In this document: in pieces, positions 40,228 to 53,440 of the stretch
Layout: each line of letters begins with the position of its first letter
Position numbering within the stretch: the first letter of the stretch is position 1
From: Octopus vulgaris
Lineage: Eukaryota
Assembly: GCA_951406725.2 (NCBI GenBank)
Contig: OX597839.1
Location: forward strand, 37,200,001-37,264,000
Length of the DNA stretch: 64,000 nt
Direction: 5' to 3'
Made by a program: the position numbers and the translations under genes
The notes under the pieces: model-generated
The model's database searches: none
What the model was told of the DNA's origin: nothing
What the model saw: the letters and a program-made list of their open reading frames with translations, nothing else

Positions 40228-40955
40228 CGTATACATGTACACATATATATTTTTGTGTCCATCTTTGGGGCTTGGGGTTTGCCCACCACACAGCCATACC
40301 TGAACCTTTTGATATTTTCAACATTTTTCCCAACCTTTTCTGGGATTTCTCTTTTTTTTGCCTCAAAATTTAATTCCTTTTCGGTTTCTGTATCAGTCTT
40401 TGTGGCCCGACTTGACCTGGTCAGATAAAGTTGGTCAGCAAAAAGAGGAACAGCAGGAAATAACAGCAGACAATAAGTGTGTAATGACAGGGTTTCATGT
40501 ATGCGTGTGTGTGTGAGAGAGAGAGGCAGGTACAGGGAGTGGTGGTGGTGGTGGTGGGTGGAGGGGGCAATGGACAGTGGGGGGAGGAGGCGGGGAAAAA
40601 AAGAAGGTATGGGAGTGGTAGGGAGGAAGAGACAGAGAAGGGAGAGATAGGGGAAGGGTGGAGGTGGGGGAGATAAATACAGCTATTTAAATACTGTCCT
40701 AACTCTTAGACATTTGCACAAATACAGAACACACACACACACACACACATATAAATATACACCACGCATTCATGCATACACACATACACCACACACCACA
40801 TTAAAGGTTTTGCTCCAGCATGGCCTTACTTACTAGGATGATTAAAGGAAACTAAACACACACACACACACATGCAATTACGACCTCACTCACGTCTTCC
40901 TTCAATTTATATTCACATTTCTTTTCCCCTTCTTTCACTTTCTTTACACACATAC

Positions 40956-41013
<58 letters not shown>

Positions 41014-42605
41014 ATGTGTGTGTGTGTGTATCTTTTACTTGGTTCGGTCAGGGGCTGCAATTATGCACTGGCACTACCTTGAAGGAACTGTTCCCCAGTA
41101 TTTATGTTTTTTTAAGCCTGGTACATGTTCTATTGGTTTCTTATACCCAACTAGTAATTTACAGGGATGTAAACAAACCAACACCGGTTGAGAGACATTG
41201 GCGGGGAAACAAACAATCACACATAGTAAGAACAACAATAATAATAATAATAATGGTTTCAAATTCTGGCACGAGGCCAGCAATTTTGAGGGAATGGTAA
41301 GTCGGTTACATTGATCCCAGTGCTCAACAGGTATCTATTTTATTGACCCTCAAAAAGATAAAAGGCAAAGTCAGCCTTGGCAGGATTTGAACTCAGAACC
41401 ATAAGATAAGGATGGATGAAATACTGTCAAGCATTTTGCCTGGCATGCTAACGATTCTGCCAGCTTGCCACCTTAACATCATCATCATCATCATCATCGT
41501 TTAACGTCCATTCTCCATGCTAGCATGGGTTGGACGGTTCAACTGGGGTCGTCTGGGGAGCCAGAAGGCTGCGCCAGGCCCAGTCTGAACTGGCAATGTT
41601 TCTACAGCTGGATGCCATTCCTAACGCCAACCACTCCGTGAGTGTAGTGGGTGCTTTTTACGTGCCACCTGCACAGGTGCCAGACGAGGCTGGCAAACGG
41701 CCACGATCGGATGGTGCTTTTTACGTGCCACCGGCACAGGTGCCAGACGAGGCTGGCAAACGGCCACGATCGGATGGTGCTTTTTACGTGCCACCGGCAC
41801 AGGTGCCAGACGAGGCTGGCAAACGGCCGAGGCTGGCAAACGGCCACGAATAATAATAACAATAGGCACAAGGTCTGAAATTTGAGGGAGGGGACAGTTG
41901 ATGACATCAACCCCAGTATTCAACTGGTACTTATTTTATTGACCCCTGAAAGGATGAAAGGCGGTCAAACTTGGCAGAATTTGAACTCAAAACATGAAGA
42001 TGGACAAAATACCACTAGGCATTTCGCTCAATGAGCTAACGATTCTTATTTCTTTATTGCCCTCAAGGGGCTAAACACAGAAGGGACAAACAAGGACAGA
42101 CAAAGGGAATAAGTCAATGTATCAGCATCATCATCATCATTTAATGTCTGTTGTCCATGCTGGCATGGGTTGGACAGTTTGACCAGAGCTGGCAAGCTGG
42201 AGAGCTACACCAGGTTCCAGTCTGATTTGGCATAATTTCCATACATAGATGATACCCTTCCTAACGTGAACCCCAGTGCATAACTGGTACTTAATTTATC
42301 GACCCCAAAAGGATGAAAGGCAAAGCTGACCTTGGCAAAATTTGAACTCAGAATGTAAAGACAGACGAAATACCTATTTCTTTACTACCCACAAGGGACT
42401 AAACACAGAGGGGACAAACAAGGACAGGCAAAGGGATTAAGTCGATTATATCGACCCCAGTGCATAACTGGTACTTATTTAATCGACCCCGAAAGGATGA
42501 AAGGCAAAGTCAACCTCGGCGGAATTTGAACTCAGAACGTAGCAGCAGACGAAATACCGCTAAGAATTTTGCCCGGCATGCTAACGTTTCTGCCAGCTTG
42601 CCGCC

Positions 42606-42645
<40 letters not shown>

Positions 42646-43293
42646 TAATAATAATAATTCATTCTTTTATTAGCCACAAGGGCTCACATGCAATACCATT
42701 AAAGGACATGCAACAACATAAAAGACAAAAATGGGACGATGCAATGAGTTTTCCGCATGTAAACAATATAAATAACAATTAAAATTGAACAAATTAAAAC
42801 TCTCAATAAGGGGGGTGCTTTAAGGTCCTCAAGGAAAACCCCACAAAAGCCACGGGTGCCTGATCAACATTGTATACAGTGCAGTGCTTAGGTGCACTAC
42901 AATTTATCAGGAAGAGTAGCCAAAACTGCATGAACATGACATGGAATAATGCAGAGGAAGTGAATGGTGAATGAGTTGTTTTAAAAACAAAGGTGAGAGG
43001 AGAGGGACATCAGGTGTGGTGGTGTGTGTGTGTGTATATATATATATTCTCTTTCTCTCTTTTACTTGCTGCAGTCATTTGACTGCGGCCATGCTGGAGC
43101 ACTGCCTTTAGTCGAGCAGATCGATCCCCAGGACTTATTCTTTGTAAGCCCGGTACTTGTTCTATCGGTCTCTTTTGCCGAACCGCTAAGTTACGGGGAC
43201 GTATACGCACCAGCATCGGTTGTTATGCGATATTGGGGGGACAAACATAGACACAAACAAACACACGCACGTGCATATATATCTATCTATCTA

Positions 43294-43334
<41 letters not shown>

Positions 43335-43491
43335 ATACATATATACGACGAGCTTCTTTCAGTTTCCGTCTATCAAATCCACTCACAAGGCTTTGGTTGG
43401 CCTGAGGCTTGCCCAAGGTGCCACACAGTGGGACTGATCCCAGAACCATGTGGTTGGTAAGCAAGCTACTTACCACACAGCCACTCCTGCG

Positions 43492-43526
<35 letters not shown>

Positions 43527-43928
43527 TCATCATCATCATTTAATGTCCGTTGTCCATGCTGGCATGGGTTGGAAGGTTTGACCAGGGCTGGCACACTGGA
43601 AGGCTGCACCAGACTCCAGTCTGATTTGGCATGGTTTTCTATAGCTGAATGCCCTTCCTGATGCCAACATATACACACACACACAACAGGTTCTTTCAGT
43701 TTCCATCTACCAAATCCACCCACAAGGCCTTGATCAGCTCTGGGCTATTGTAGAAGACACATGCTCAAGGTACCACATAGTGGGACTGAACCTGGATCAT
43801 ACATACACACACATATTTACAAATATATTTGCCATCATGTGAAGAAAACAAATATGAAGTGTGTTAACAGTTGAAAATGAAAGAAGAAGAAGAAGAAGAA
43901 GAAGAAGAAAGCAAGTTTTATGACTTAC

Positions 43929-43964
43929 GTATGAGAAGGTATTTTTCAGTAATGTTCTCCACAT
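43929..43964 (-). CDS. putative first coding exon of the EGF + orphan-domain gene
   Basis: MWRTLLKNTFSY|gtaagt. Strong donor, phase 0, in frame with the phase-0 acceptor at 38677. It could instead be 5'UTR. Confidence 0.4.
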
Positions 43965-45413
43965 GTCAGTATCCTTTCTAAACTGACCACCACCACTGGA
44001 CACTGGTCACTATAGATGAGGAAATACTGGAATGACAGCTAAGACCAATGAGTGCCAATGTCACCTGAACTGACCACAGTCCTTTTGTGATATACACCAG
44101 GACAGCAGCAAGGAACAAGCCTGAGTGGTCTGCGGTTGGTGTGTGTGTGTGTGTCTGTGTGTGTGTTGCTGTATGTAAGAGTATATGGAGAAGGCAAACT
44201 GTGTGTGTGTGTGACTGTGTTTATGTTTATTTGTGTCTGTGGGCTGCTGTGTATGTATGTGTGCATGGCTTTGTGTATGTGTGTCTGTACAGGTGAACAT
44301 GACTGTGTGTGTGGGTGTGTGGCCATGTATATGTGTGGCTGTGTGTACGTGTATGTGTGGGGGTAGGTACCTGGCAATGTGTGATTAGTTGTGATTGTGT
44401 GTGTATGTCTGTCTGTCTATGTGTGAGTGCTTGTGTGTGCCTTTATAAGTATACCTGTATGCGTATGTTAACATGTTTGTGTATGGAAGTAGTATATGTG
44501 TGTGTGTGTGGTTGTGTATGAGTGCATGTATGCCTCTGTTTGTGTGTGTGTGTGCGTGACTGTTTGTGTCTGTATTGGCTGTGTATGTGTATGTCATTGT
44601 GTGTGTGCATGGCTTTGTGTGTGTGTATACAGGTGAATATGACTGTGTATTTGTGTGTGTGTGTCTATGTATGTGTGGTGTGTGTATGGCCATGTATATG
44701 TGTGGCTGTGTGTATGTGTATGTGTGGGGGTAGATACCTGGCAATGTGTGATTACTTGTGTGTGCCTTTATAAGTATACCTGTATGCATATGGAAGTGGT
44801 ATATCTGTTTGTGTGTGTGTGGGTATATATGAGTGCATGTATGTGTATGTCTATGCCTGATTGTGTGTGTGTACCTTTACATGTATGTGTGTATGTTGAA
44901 GGAAGTTTCACTCTCTGTCAAGCTAAGTATGAGTACTTGCGTGTGTGTGTGTGTGTGTGTGAGTGTAGTGGGGGCATGCATGTGTATTTCAACCATTATG
45001 TGTATTTCTCAGTGTGTGTGTGCCAGTAAGTGGCTAGAGGTGATAATGGTGATGGTGGAGGTCGTGGTGGCAGTAAACGTGTGAGTAATGGTACAGAAGT
45101 GGTGACAGTGGTGGTGGTTTATAAACACCAAGCAAATCCATGGCTGACCAAGTGCGGGGTGGGTGGGTAGGGAGGTGTGATGTCAGGTGACAGGAATAAG
45201 AACAGACACCACCACCACCACCTCCAATGACCTGACATGTTTACCACTGAATAAATTCTTTTACACACACACACACACTTACAAACACACACACACACAC
45301 ACACATACATACTCCCATACATACACACAGACATTCCCCCCCACCCCACCCCACGCTCTATATCTTAATCGTGATGTAGGCTCTGAAAGCTGAAACGTAA
45401 ACATCCTTTGCAC

Positions 45414-45445
<32 letters not shown>

Positions 45446-45619
45446 GAGAAAGAGAAAGAGAGAGACATACAGACAGCCATATATTAGTACCTGTGTGCAT
45501 GAATTTGTAACTTTTATATACTATTAGGGACAAACCTCAATATAATCTTTGTCCCTATACTTTTAGCTATATTTTTAGTTCAGGTGCGCTGCCGAATTTT
45601 GAAAAGAATATAAGACCTG

Positions 45620-45928
45620 GCCCCCCTTGCCGGTGGCACGTAAAAAGCACCATCCGACCGTGGCCGTTGCCAGCCTCACTTGGCCCCCGTGCCGTAAAAA
45701 GCACCATCCGACCGTGGCTGCTTGCCAGTCCCGTCTGGCACCTGCGCAGGTGGCACGTAAAAAGCACCCACTACACTCACGGAGTGGTTGGCGTTAGGAA
45801 GGGCATCCAGCCGTAGAAACATTGCCAGATCAGACTGGGCCTGGTGCAGCCTTCTGGCTTCCCAGACCCCAGTTGAACCGTCCAACCCATGCTAGCATGG
45901 AAAACGGACATTAAATGATGATGATGAT
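45620..45928 (+). mobile_element. SINE family C (about 60-bp internal tandem units, (GAT)n tail), representative copy
   Basis: GTGGCACGTAAAAAGCACC units, then GTGGTTGGCGTTAGGAAGGGCATCCAG...GGACATTAAATGATGATG. Copies at about 6340(-), 20822(-), 21270, 25160, 28270, 28940, 41477(-) and 54040(-). Confidence 0.75.
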
Positions 45929-46287
45929 TTGTTTTGGCTATTATGCTGAATCACATTATGTGTGTGTGTGTGTGTCTGTCTGTTCTCCCACCATCGCTTG
46001 ACGACCAATGTCGGTGTGTTTACATCCCTGTAACCTAGCGATTCGGCAAAAAGTGACCAATAAAATAAGTACTAGGCTTACAAAGAATAAGTCCTGGGGC
46101 CAATTTGTTCGACTAGAGGCGATGCTCCAGCATGGCCGCAGCCAAATGACTGAAACAAGTAAAAGAATATATATAATGATACTAATAATCAATAAACTTA
46201 TGTTTTAGAACAAAAATCATTAGGTGATTAGAACATAATATTAATTAATGAACAACAAGAGAACAGGAATTATGTAATCACTTTCAT

Positions 46288-46370
46288 TAGCTGACAGCCG
46301 TTTCAGCTATAAGAAGCAGTATACTCATAGATGAGTACCTGTGCAACATCCTATAGCTTCCTCAGAGCTA
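46288..46370 (-). ncRNA. minimal type I hammerhead ribozyme (Penelope-like type)
   Basis: Minus strand: TAGCT-CTGAGGA-AGCTATAG..(internal hairpin TACTCAT/ATGAGTA)..TTATAGCT-GAA-AC-GGCT-GTC-AGCTA. Helix I, helix II, a short helix III and a GUC site are all present. Confidence 0.8.
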
Positions 46371-46869
46371 TTAAAATGAAGTGTATCTTTATTTCATTTA
46401 AGTATAAATAAATACAATTTTATTCAATAAGCAAAGAATTTAACAATTTTATTTTTGCAGAATTTTTTTCCCCAAATTTTTGAAATTAATTTTAATATTT
46501 CCAATTACAATTATCACAGAATTTACTTCATGCAATCTTACAAAGAACCATAAAACGTGATTCCACATTTCAAATGATATCACAGTTGAGGAATCACACA
46601 AACCAATGATTGAGCCTCTATGTTGTCAAATGACCTGCTAGTAATAACAACCAAATTCCTTCCTCACCTTACACTGCCTTAGTAAAAGAAGGGACATATT
46701 GGATAATGCAGTACTGAAACCATTGTTTCACTTTCTTCTTCTTAATCTTGAAGTGAAGGCAGTGAGCTAGCAGAATTGTTAGCACACCAAATAAAATGCT
46801 TAGCAGGATTTCTTCCAGCACTCTATATTCTGAGTTCAAATTCCATCAGAGTCAACTTTGCCTTTCATC

Positions 46870-47608
46870 CTTTCGGATGGTAAGTTTTAGCATCCAATCA
46901 TTGGTTGTTTCAAGATATTTGGTCAGTCTGATTGTGGTAGCTTTGTATGTAAGTTCAAGCTGGATCAAGCCTCGACCTCCCTGAGCTCTGGGAAGGTAAA
47001 GACGATCCACGTCTGCCTTTGGATGGTGCATCTTATTACAAGTCAGTAGCTTGCAGATTTTTCTGTCAATTTTCATTATTTCACTGGTATTCCAGCTAAG
47101 CACATTGAAGCTATAAAGAACAACTGGTACTGCTAAGGAATTTATGGCTAACACCTTATTATATGCATTCAGCTCAGACTTCAAGACTGCTCAAACTCTT
47201 CTATAACATTCCTTCCTAACCTTCTCCTTCATACTTGCATGCTGGATACCAGAGCCTTCTTTTATGCCTAGGTATTTATAGGTTTGTTCCTGCTCAAGTT
47301 CCTTTATTACTGTTTCGACATCTAATTCGACTGAACTGGACTTTACCAATTGCCCTTTCTTAAAAGTGGCTTTGGCACACTTTTCAAGGCCAAACTCCAT
47401 CCCGATATCATCACTGAATCCTTTCACAGTATGTCGTAGTCCTCCAAACTCTTCATCATCTTTGCCATATAGTTTTAAATCATCCATATAAAACAGATGG
47501 CTTATTTTCCTGTTGTCAATTATGTAGCCATATCCTGTTCTATTCAGTTCACTTGAAAGTGGTATTAGTGCTATGCAGAAAATTACTGGTGAAAGTGAGT
47601 CATAAAAC
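46870..47608 (-). mobile_element. R4/Dong-clade LINE reverse-transcriptase fragment
   Basis: DSLSP, ISHLFYMDDLKLY, IGMEFGLEKCA, YKYLG, HHPKADVDRLYLPRAQGGRGL; disrupted. Confidence 0.9.
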
Positions 47609-47610
47609 AT

Positions 47611-50075
47611 TATTATTATTATTATTATTATTATTATCATTCAGTAGTTTTATTTTTATATCGCGCTTTCACTTAACTACCGAGCGCAGCTCTGTGTGCC
47701 TTGGGTATGTGCTGTGATTTGTTGTGATGCTCTGATGGTTATTGTATGGAAATTGTTCTGCGTAGCATGTGTGCAGTGCCTAGTAGTGCAATTTTCTGTA
47801 TGTTATATGTGTTTGTAAGTCCTGGTGTTTTTGTTATGTATTTGTCTGAATATTTTTTTATCATGCCTAATGCACCTACTTTGATAGGAATTGTTTCTGT
47901 TTTTAGATTCCACATTCTGGTTACCTTTATTTTCAGCTCTTTGTATTTTGAGAGTTTCTCCATTTCTTTTAGAGACACGTTGTCATCTGCCGGTATTGAT
48001 ACATCAATTAGAAAGCATTGTTTTTTCTTCATGATCTCTGACAACTATATCTGGTCTGTTGGCCTTAATTTCTCTATCTGTATGTATCAGCATATCCCAG
48101 AGTATGGTTGCTTTCTCGTTTTCTGTGACCTTTTCTGGTGTGTGCCTATACCATCTTTTTTCTGTTGTTATTCCATAATGTTGGCATAGCTTCCAGTGTA
48201 TGTAGGTTCCAACTCTTTCATATCTGTGAATATATTCCTTCTTAGCCAGGACTGGGCAGCCAGAGATAATATGATTTATTGTTTCTTGTCTATCTCCACA
48301 TATTCTGCAGTTACTTGTTATATTTCTTTTCATTACATGTTTTTGGTAATTTCTGGTGGGGAGGCTTTGGTCTTGTGCTGCAATTAAAAATCCCTCTGTC
48401 TCTGCTTTTAATACTCCATTTTTTTGGTTGTTTGTTCGCCGACCATATTTCTCTCCAGAATTCTTCCACTTTTTCTGCCGTGATTTCTATTTTATTTTTG
48501 CCAAGTTCTTGGTAGAACTTTTTGGGGTTGGAGTTGAACTTTTTGTTTTGTTCAAAGAAGCGCTGGCGTTTCTCGTACCGGCGGATCCTTTGTGCTTTGG
48601 CAAGGATATCTTGCTTCAGCTTTTCTTTTATCTCAGGTAAATCTTTTTCTGTGATGTTATATTTGCGGAGTATTTTTGTTTTCTTTTTGTTGCTCAGTAG
48701 CGTTGATTGTTTGCTGATTTCATTAAGAATCGACAGATCTTTTCTAATTTTTTGTATTTTGTTTTGGATGTTATTTATCCACAGGGTTTGTTTGGGTGGT
48801 GGTACTCCTGTTTGGATGGGTTTGAGTGAGTATCCAGCTTCTTTTGTGGCTGCAGTGGCTGCTGCGTATACTAAGTCATTTAGCTCAGTGATATCACTTT
48901 TTTTTGTTTCAGTGGCTATTAGTTCCGTGACGGCTAGGTTTATGCTGTTTATAATTGGTGTTGTTGTTTTGTCTATTTTGATTTTTGGGAGGTATGGTCG
49001 GTGGTCCATTTTGAGCTCTGTGGTTTTCAGTTCTTTGACTATTTTACTTTTTATATTATCATAATCATTAGGCTCCCCTTCGTTGTTTCCAGGTTTTAGA
49101 TTTGTGTTGCTTTCTTTCTTATTTATATGTTTGTTTGCCGTGTTTTGGCTTGCTGTTTGTCGTGTATTATTATGCATCCTTACGGTCTGGGTTTGTTGTT
49201 TTTTGTTTACATCATGTTTGTTGGGAATGTTACATTTGTCTTCGTGTTTTACTGTTTCAGTGTTTATATTATTGGGCATTGTTGTGTGGCTTCTATCTAC
49301 ATTTTCCTGGTGTATTTTTTCTTTTAGATGTTCTATTTCTATTTCTGATATTTTTTTTGCGTTGAGAATGTATCTTCATACGTTAGCTATTTTATAAGGG
49401 TTCATTGCTGTATCCAAGTCTATATTTATGTTATTTTCCTTCCATATTTTATATGTATGTGTTGTTGTGTTTTCATTTTTTGGGTAGAGCACTGCTGTGA
49501 AGTATGCGTGTAGGATAGAAATGTATTCCTCACGTATCCATTTATGTCTTTTGGGTTTTATTTGCGGGACATGAGGAACAACATCCAGCCCATTATTTTG
49601 ACGGTCGTCATTTTCGTATGACGGTCCGTTCATTTCTGTTGTCCATTGTTTTGCACGTGTAGTTTTTCGTACATTTTGTGTTGTAAGTTTAAAGTACGTA
49701 CCTCCTGATTGTTATTCTTGGGTTGAATAATATCGGTGGTATTTAATTTCTTCATAGTTCCTTTGTACATGGTGTTTGGGGTCGGGGATGATCTGGTGTT
49801 GATGGATCGTAATGTTCCACGCATGTTTACATGTGTTGTGTTAGAGGTGGAGATGATATCGAGTCAAAATACATCATTTTGTTTCGAAAATAGTAATAAA
49901 TTTCAATGAGTATTACTTACTCGGGTACAGTCCAATCCTTTGTTAGTAAATCTTTGGCTCCATACGATGTCCTTATTTTTGATGTTTGTGGATAGATTTC
50001 GGAGCTCTGTTTTATTGTTCTTACATCTTAAACATCCCCCGGTGTATTTCCTTAAACGTCCCCCGGTGTATTTTT
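47611..50075 (-). mobile_element. R4/Dong-clade LINE, internally deleted
   Basis: N-terminal ORF remnants (KRHKWIREEY...; ...QRIRRYEKRQRFFEQNKKF) are joined directly to AAQDQSL, the CCHC motif CRICGDRQETINHIISGC and RLE motifs NRPDIVV, LIDVSIP, EKLSKY and VGALG. (TAA)n on both flanks; frameshifts. Confidence 0.85.
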
Positions 50076-50078
50076 ATT

Positions 50079-50109
<31 letters not shown>

Positions 50110-51600
50110 TTATTGTTATTTTTATTATTATTGTAGTGGTGGTGGTGGTGGTGAAGTGGCAGCAGCAGTAGAGTGTTGTCCGAAGTGCCTGGCAGTATTT
50201 AGTTACAACCCCATATGCTGTGAGTTCAAATCCTGTCGAAGGCAAGTAAACTTATGTACAAAAGAGGTCCCAATATAATGTTTGCAGCTGCAACAGCAGT
50301 AACAGGGTTTGAACCTGAGATCAAGCTGTCTGCAGTCTACCACCTTAATCTTGAGCCCATCACTTTCTTCTTAATACAGAATTCATCATTTTCTCCTTTT
50401 CATTCCTGGCATGGCTGTGGGGTTAAGAAGCTTGCGTCCCACCCATGTGGTCTTGAGTTCAGTACCACTGCATGCCATCTTTGGCAAGTGTCTTCTACTA
50501 TGGCTCCAAATCACCCGGAACCTTGCAATGGATTTGGTTAATAAAAACTGAAAGAAACCCATCATTGACTTGACTTGATGTATCATCATCATCATCAGTT
50601 AATGTCTGTTGTCCATGCTGGCATGGGTTGGACAGGTTGACCAGAGTTGGCAAGCTGGGGAGCTGCACCAGACCCTGGTCTAATTTGACATAATTTCCAT
50701 ACCTGGATGAAACCCTTCCTAATGTGAACCACTTTATAGAATGTGCTGGGTGCTTTTACATGGCACTGTCTTATATATATATATACATGGTGATGGTGAC
50801 ACCCTTCGGTCAGACACTGACCATGGGTTTGCACCTAGAGAGTTACCCTCTGAGGCACAAGTCTGGGCAAAGTTGTTTATGGAAGACCAGCAGTCGCCCA
50901 TGCGTACCGGCCTCCCCTCTCCATGTCACCGATGTTATTTAAAGGAAAGGCAAGGGCCGATACAGCTAGGCACCTGTGACATCGCAACTCATTTCTACAG
51001 CTGAGTGAACTGGAGCAACGTGAAATAAAGTGTCTTGCTCAAGAACACAACATGCAGCCCGGTCCAGGATTCAAACTCACAACCTCACGATCGTAAGCTC
51101 GACGCTCTAACCACTGAGCCACACGCCTTCACTATATACATATATATACATAAATCTACATAAATCTATATACATAAATCTACAATACTATCATATTGTT
51201 GTAGTTGCTAATGGTGGTGGTAGTGGTGATTTTTGCTGTTGTTGTTATCGGTGGTGGTGGTGGTGGTGATAATGGTGCTGTTGTTGTTGGTATTGTTGGC
51301 AGTGGAAGTGATGGTAATGTTGTCAGTGGTTGAGTTTTGATAGTAATATTATTATTGCTGTTGGCTGTGGTGGTGGTATTATTGTACTTGTTTGGTGGCA
51401 GCAACCATTGTGAAAGGCAAACAAGAGCTCTTCAGGTTTGATATTTGTCTTAAGATAATCAATTAAGGTTAACGAATCTTGCTTCATTAAAATTATCTTC
51501 AAAATAGAGGGGGAAAAAACAATTAAATATAAAATCAAGTTTAAAAATATATACAAAAGACAAAAGAAAAAGATGTTTTGCATCTCAAAACACTTTTACT

Positions 51601-52502
51601 GTACTGGTCACTTGAGGTTCGCCTGATGGTTGCATGATGGTCAGGTAATGGTCATTGGATGAACTGATGGTCAGCTACTGGTCACCAGATGGTTGCACAA
51701 TCACCAGATAGTTGCATGATAGTCAGGTGATGGTCAGGCAATAGCCACTGAATGGTGAGGTGATGACCATCTTATGGTCAACGTATAATTATGATGGTAT
51801 AGCGATGGTCATATGGTCAGGTGACGGTCAGCTTAATGTTACTGGATGGTGAAGTGATGGTTACCAGAATTTCATATGGCTATATAACGGTTACATGATG
51901 GTCAGCCAATGGCCACTCAGTGATGAAGTGATGGTTACACAATGATAAAGTGATGGCCTCCCGACGGCAAAATGATGGTCAGCTAACAGTGATGAAGTGA
52001 TGATCACCTTGTGGTCAATTTATAATCACATGATTAAATGATGGTCTCCAGAATTTCACATGATGGTTACCTTAAGGTCATCTTATGGTCACACAATGGT
52101 AAAGTGATAGAGTCCTGAAGGCAAAGTGATAGTCACAAGATGGTCAGCCTATAGTAAAATGATGACCACCTGATGGCAAAGTGATGGTCACAAGATGATC
52201 ACATGATGGTAAAGTGATGGTCACTCAATGGTTAGGTGATGAGTTACCTTACACTCAGCTAATGGTCATATGATGGTAAAGTGATGGTCACCTGACAAGT
52301 TACCAAATAGTCACATGACAGTGAAGCGATGGTCACATGAGGATGAGATGACAGTTGAGTGATGGTCAAGTGAATCAAGATGTGATCAGATGATGGCTAA
52401 GCCTGTGTTAAGTGGTGGTCACTGATAGATGGTCAGGTGATGACATGAGTAAGGTCAAATGATGACGAGGCCTCAAGATAGGTTATGGTCAAGTGATGGT
52501 CA
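51601..52502. repeat. degenerate GTGATGGTCA repeat in the REV1 3'UTR
   Basis: Dozens of variants of GATGGTCA/GATGGTAA over about 900 bp. Confidence 0.75.
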
Positions 52503-52629
52503 TGTAACAGGGATAGAGAAACTAAGCTGTAGGGGGGTGTTATATTCTGCTATCATTACACACTGGACGTCATCAACAACTCTCTTCAGACTTTTCCACC
52601 AATCTTCTGTAGAAAGTTTCCCCATTTTT
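52500..52629 (-). CDS. REV1: REV1 terminal exon
   Basis: ttttgttgtag|(R)KMGKLSTEDWWKSLKRVVDDVQCVMIAEYNTPLQLSFSIPVT*; W......D.VQ......Y...L is the end of the REV1 CTD. Confidence 0.92.
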
Positions 52630-53337
52630 CTACAACAAAAAACAAAGAATTCATATACTTAAATATATATTCTACACATGGACATTCATATGTATATATA
52701 CATTTATATGCTAACACCGAGTCATACACACACTGTATACAAACAAACATGTGTGTGTGTCTTTCATATATATATGTGTGTATATATATATATATACATA
52801 CATACATACACATATATATATATATACATACACACACACATATATATATATATATGTACTGCCCTTCTGGTTCAGTTAAGGGCCTAGAATGGGGAATATC
52901 AGACAATTCACACCTCCTTGCTATTAGCTAAAGCTTACTAATTCTATGAAGCATATTGATATATTGGTAACACTAGATATCACCGTGACCGACGAGGCTA
53001 TCAGATGTTGTTACACATCGCTGGACACAATGCGCTTTGCATTGTTTTAGTCTTCAAATGATGCCACACCGCTGGCTAAGCGAGCAGGCCAACAGAAGAA
53101 AGAGTGAGAGAAAGTTGTGACGAAAGAGTACAGCAGGGATCACCACCATCCCCTGCCGGAGCCTCATAGAGCTTTAGGTATTTTCACTCAATAAACACTC
53201 ACAATGCCCGGTCTGGGAATCAAAACCGAGATCCTATGACTGCGAGTCTGCTGCCCTAAACACCGGGCCATTGCGCCTCCACACCACTAGATACAAGCAG
53301 ACTAATTAACCACATACATACACGCACACATACTCAC

Positions 53338-53440
53338 CTGTAGAGGAATTTCAACACCAAGTCAAGCTGTTCCAGATTTTTACTGTAAATGAGATCTTTC
53401 AGGTACTTTATCACAAACTGCTCATCATCAGGGCAGGGCG
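53338..53440 (-). CDS. REV1: REV1 exon (CTD)
   Basis: ttactccag|(A)PCPDDEQFVIKYLKDLIYSKNLEQLDLVLKFLY(R)|gtgagt; phase 1 to 2. Confidence 0.95.
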
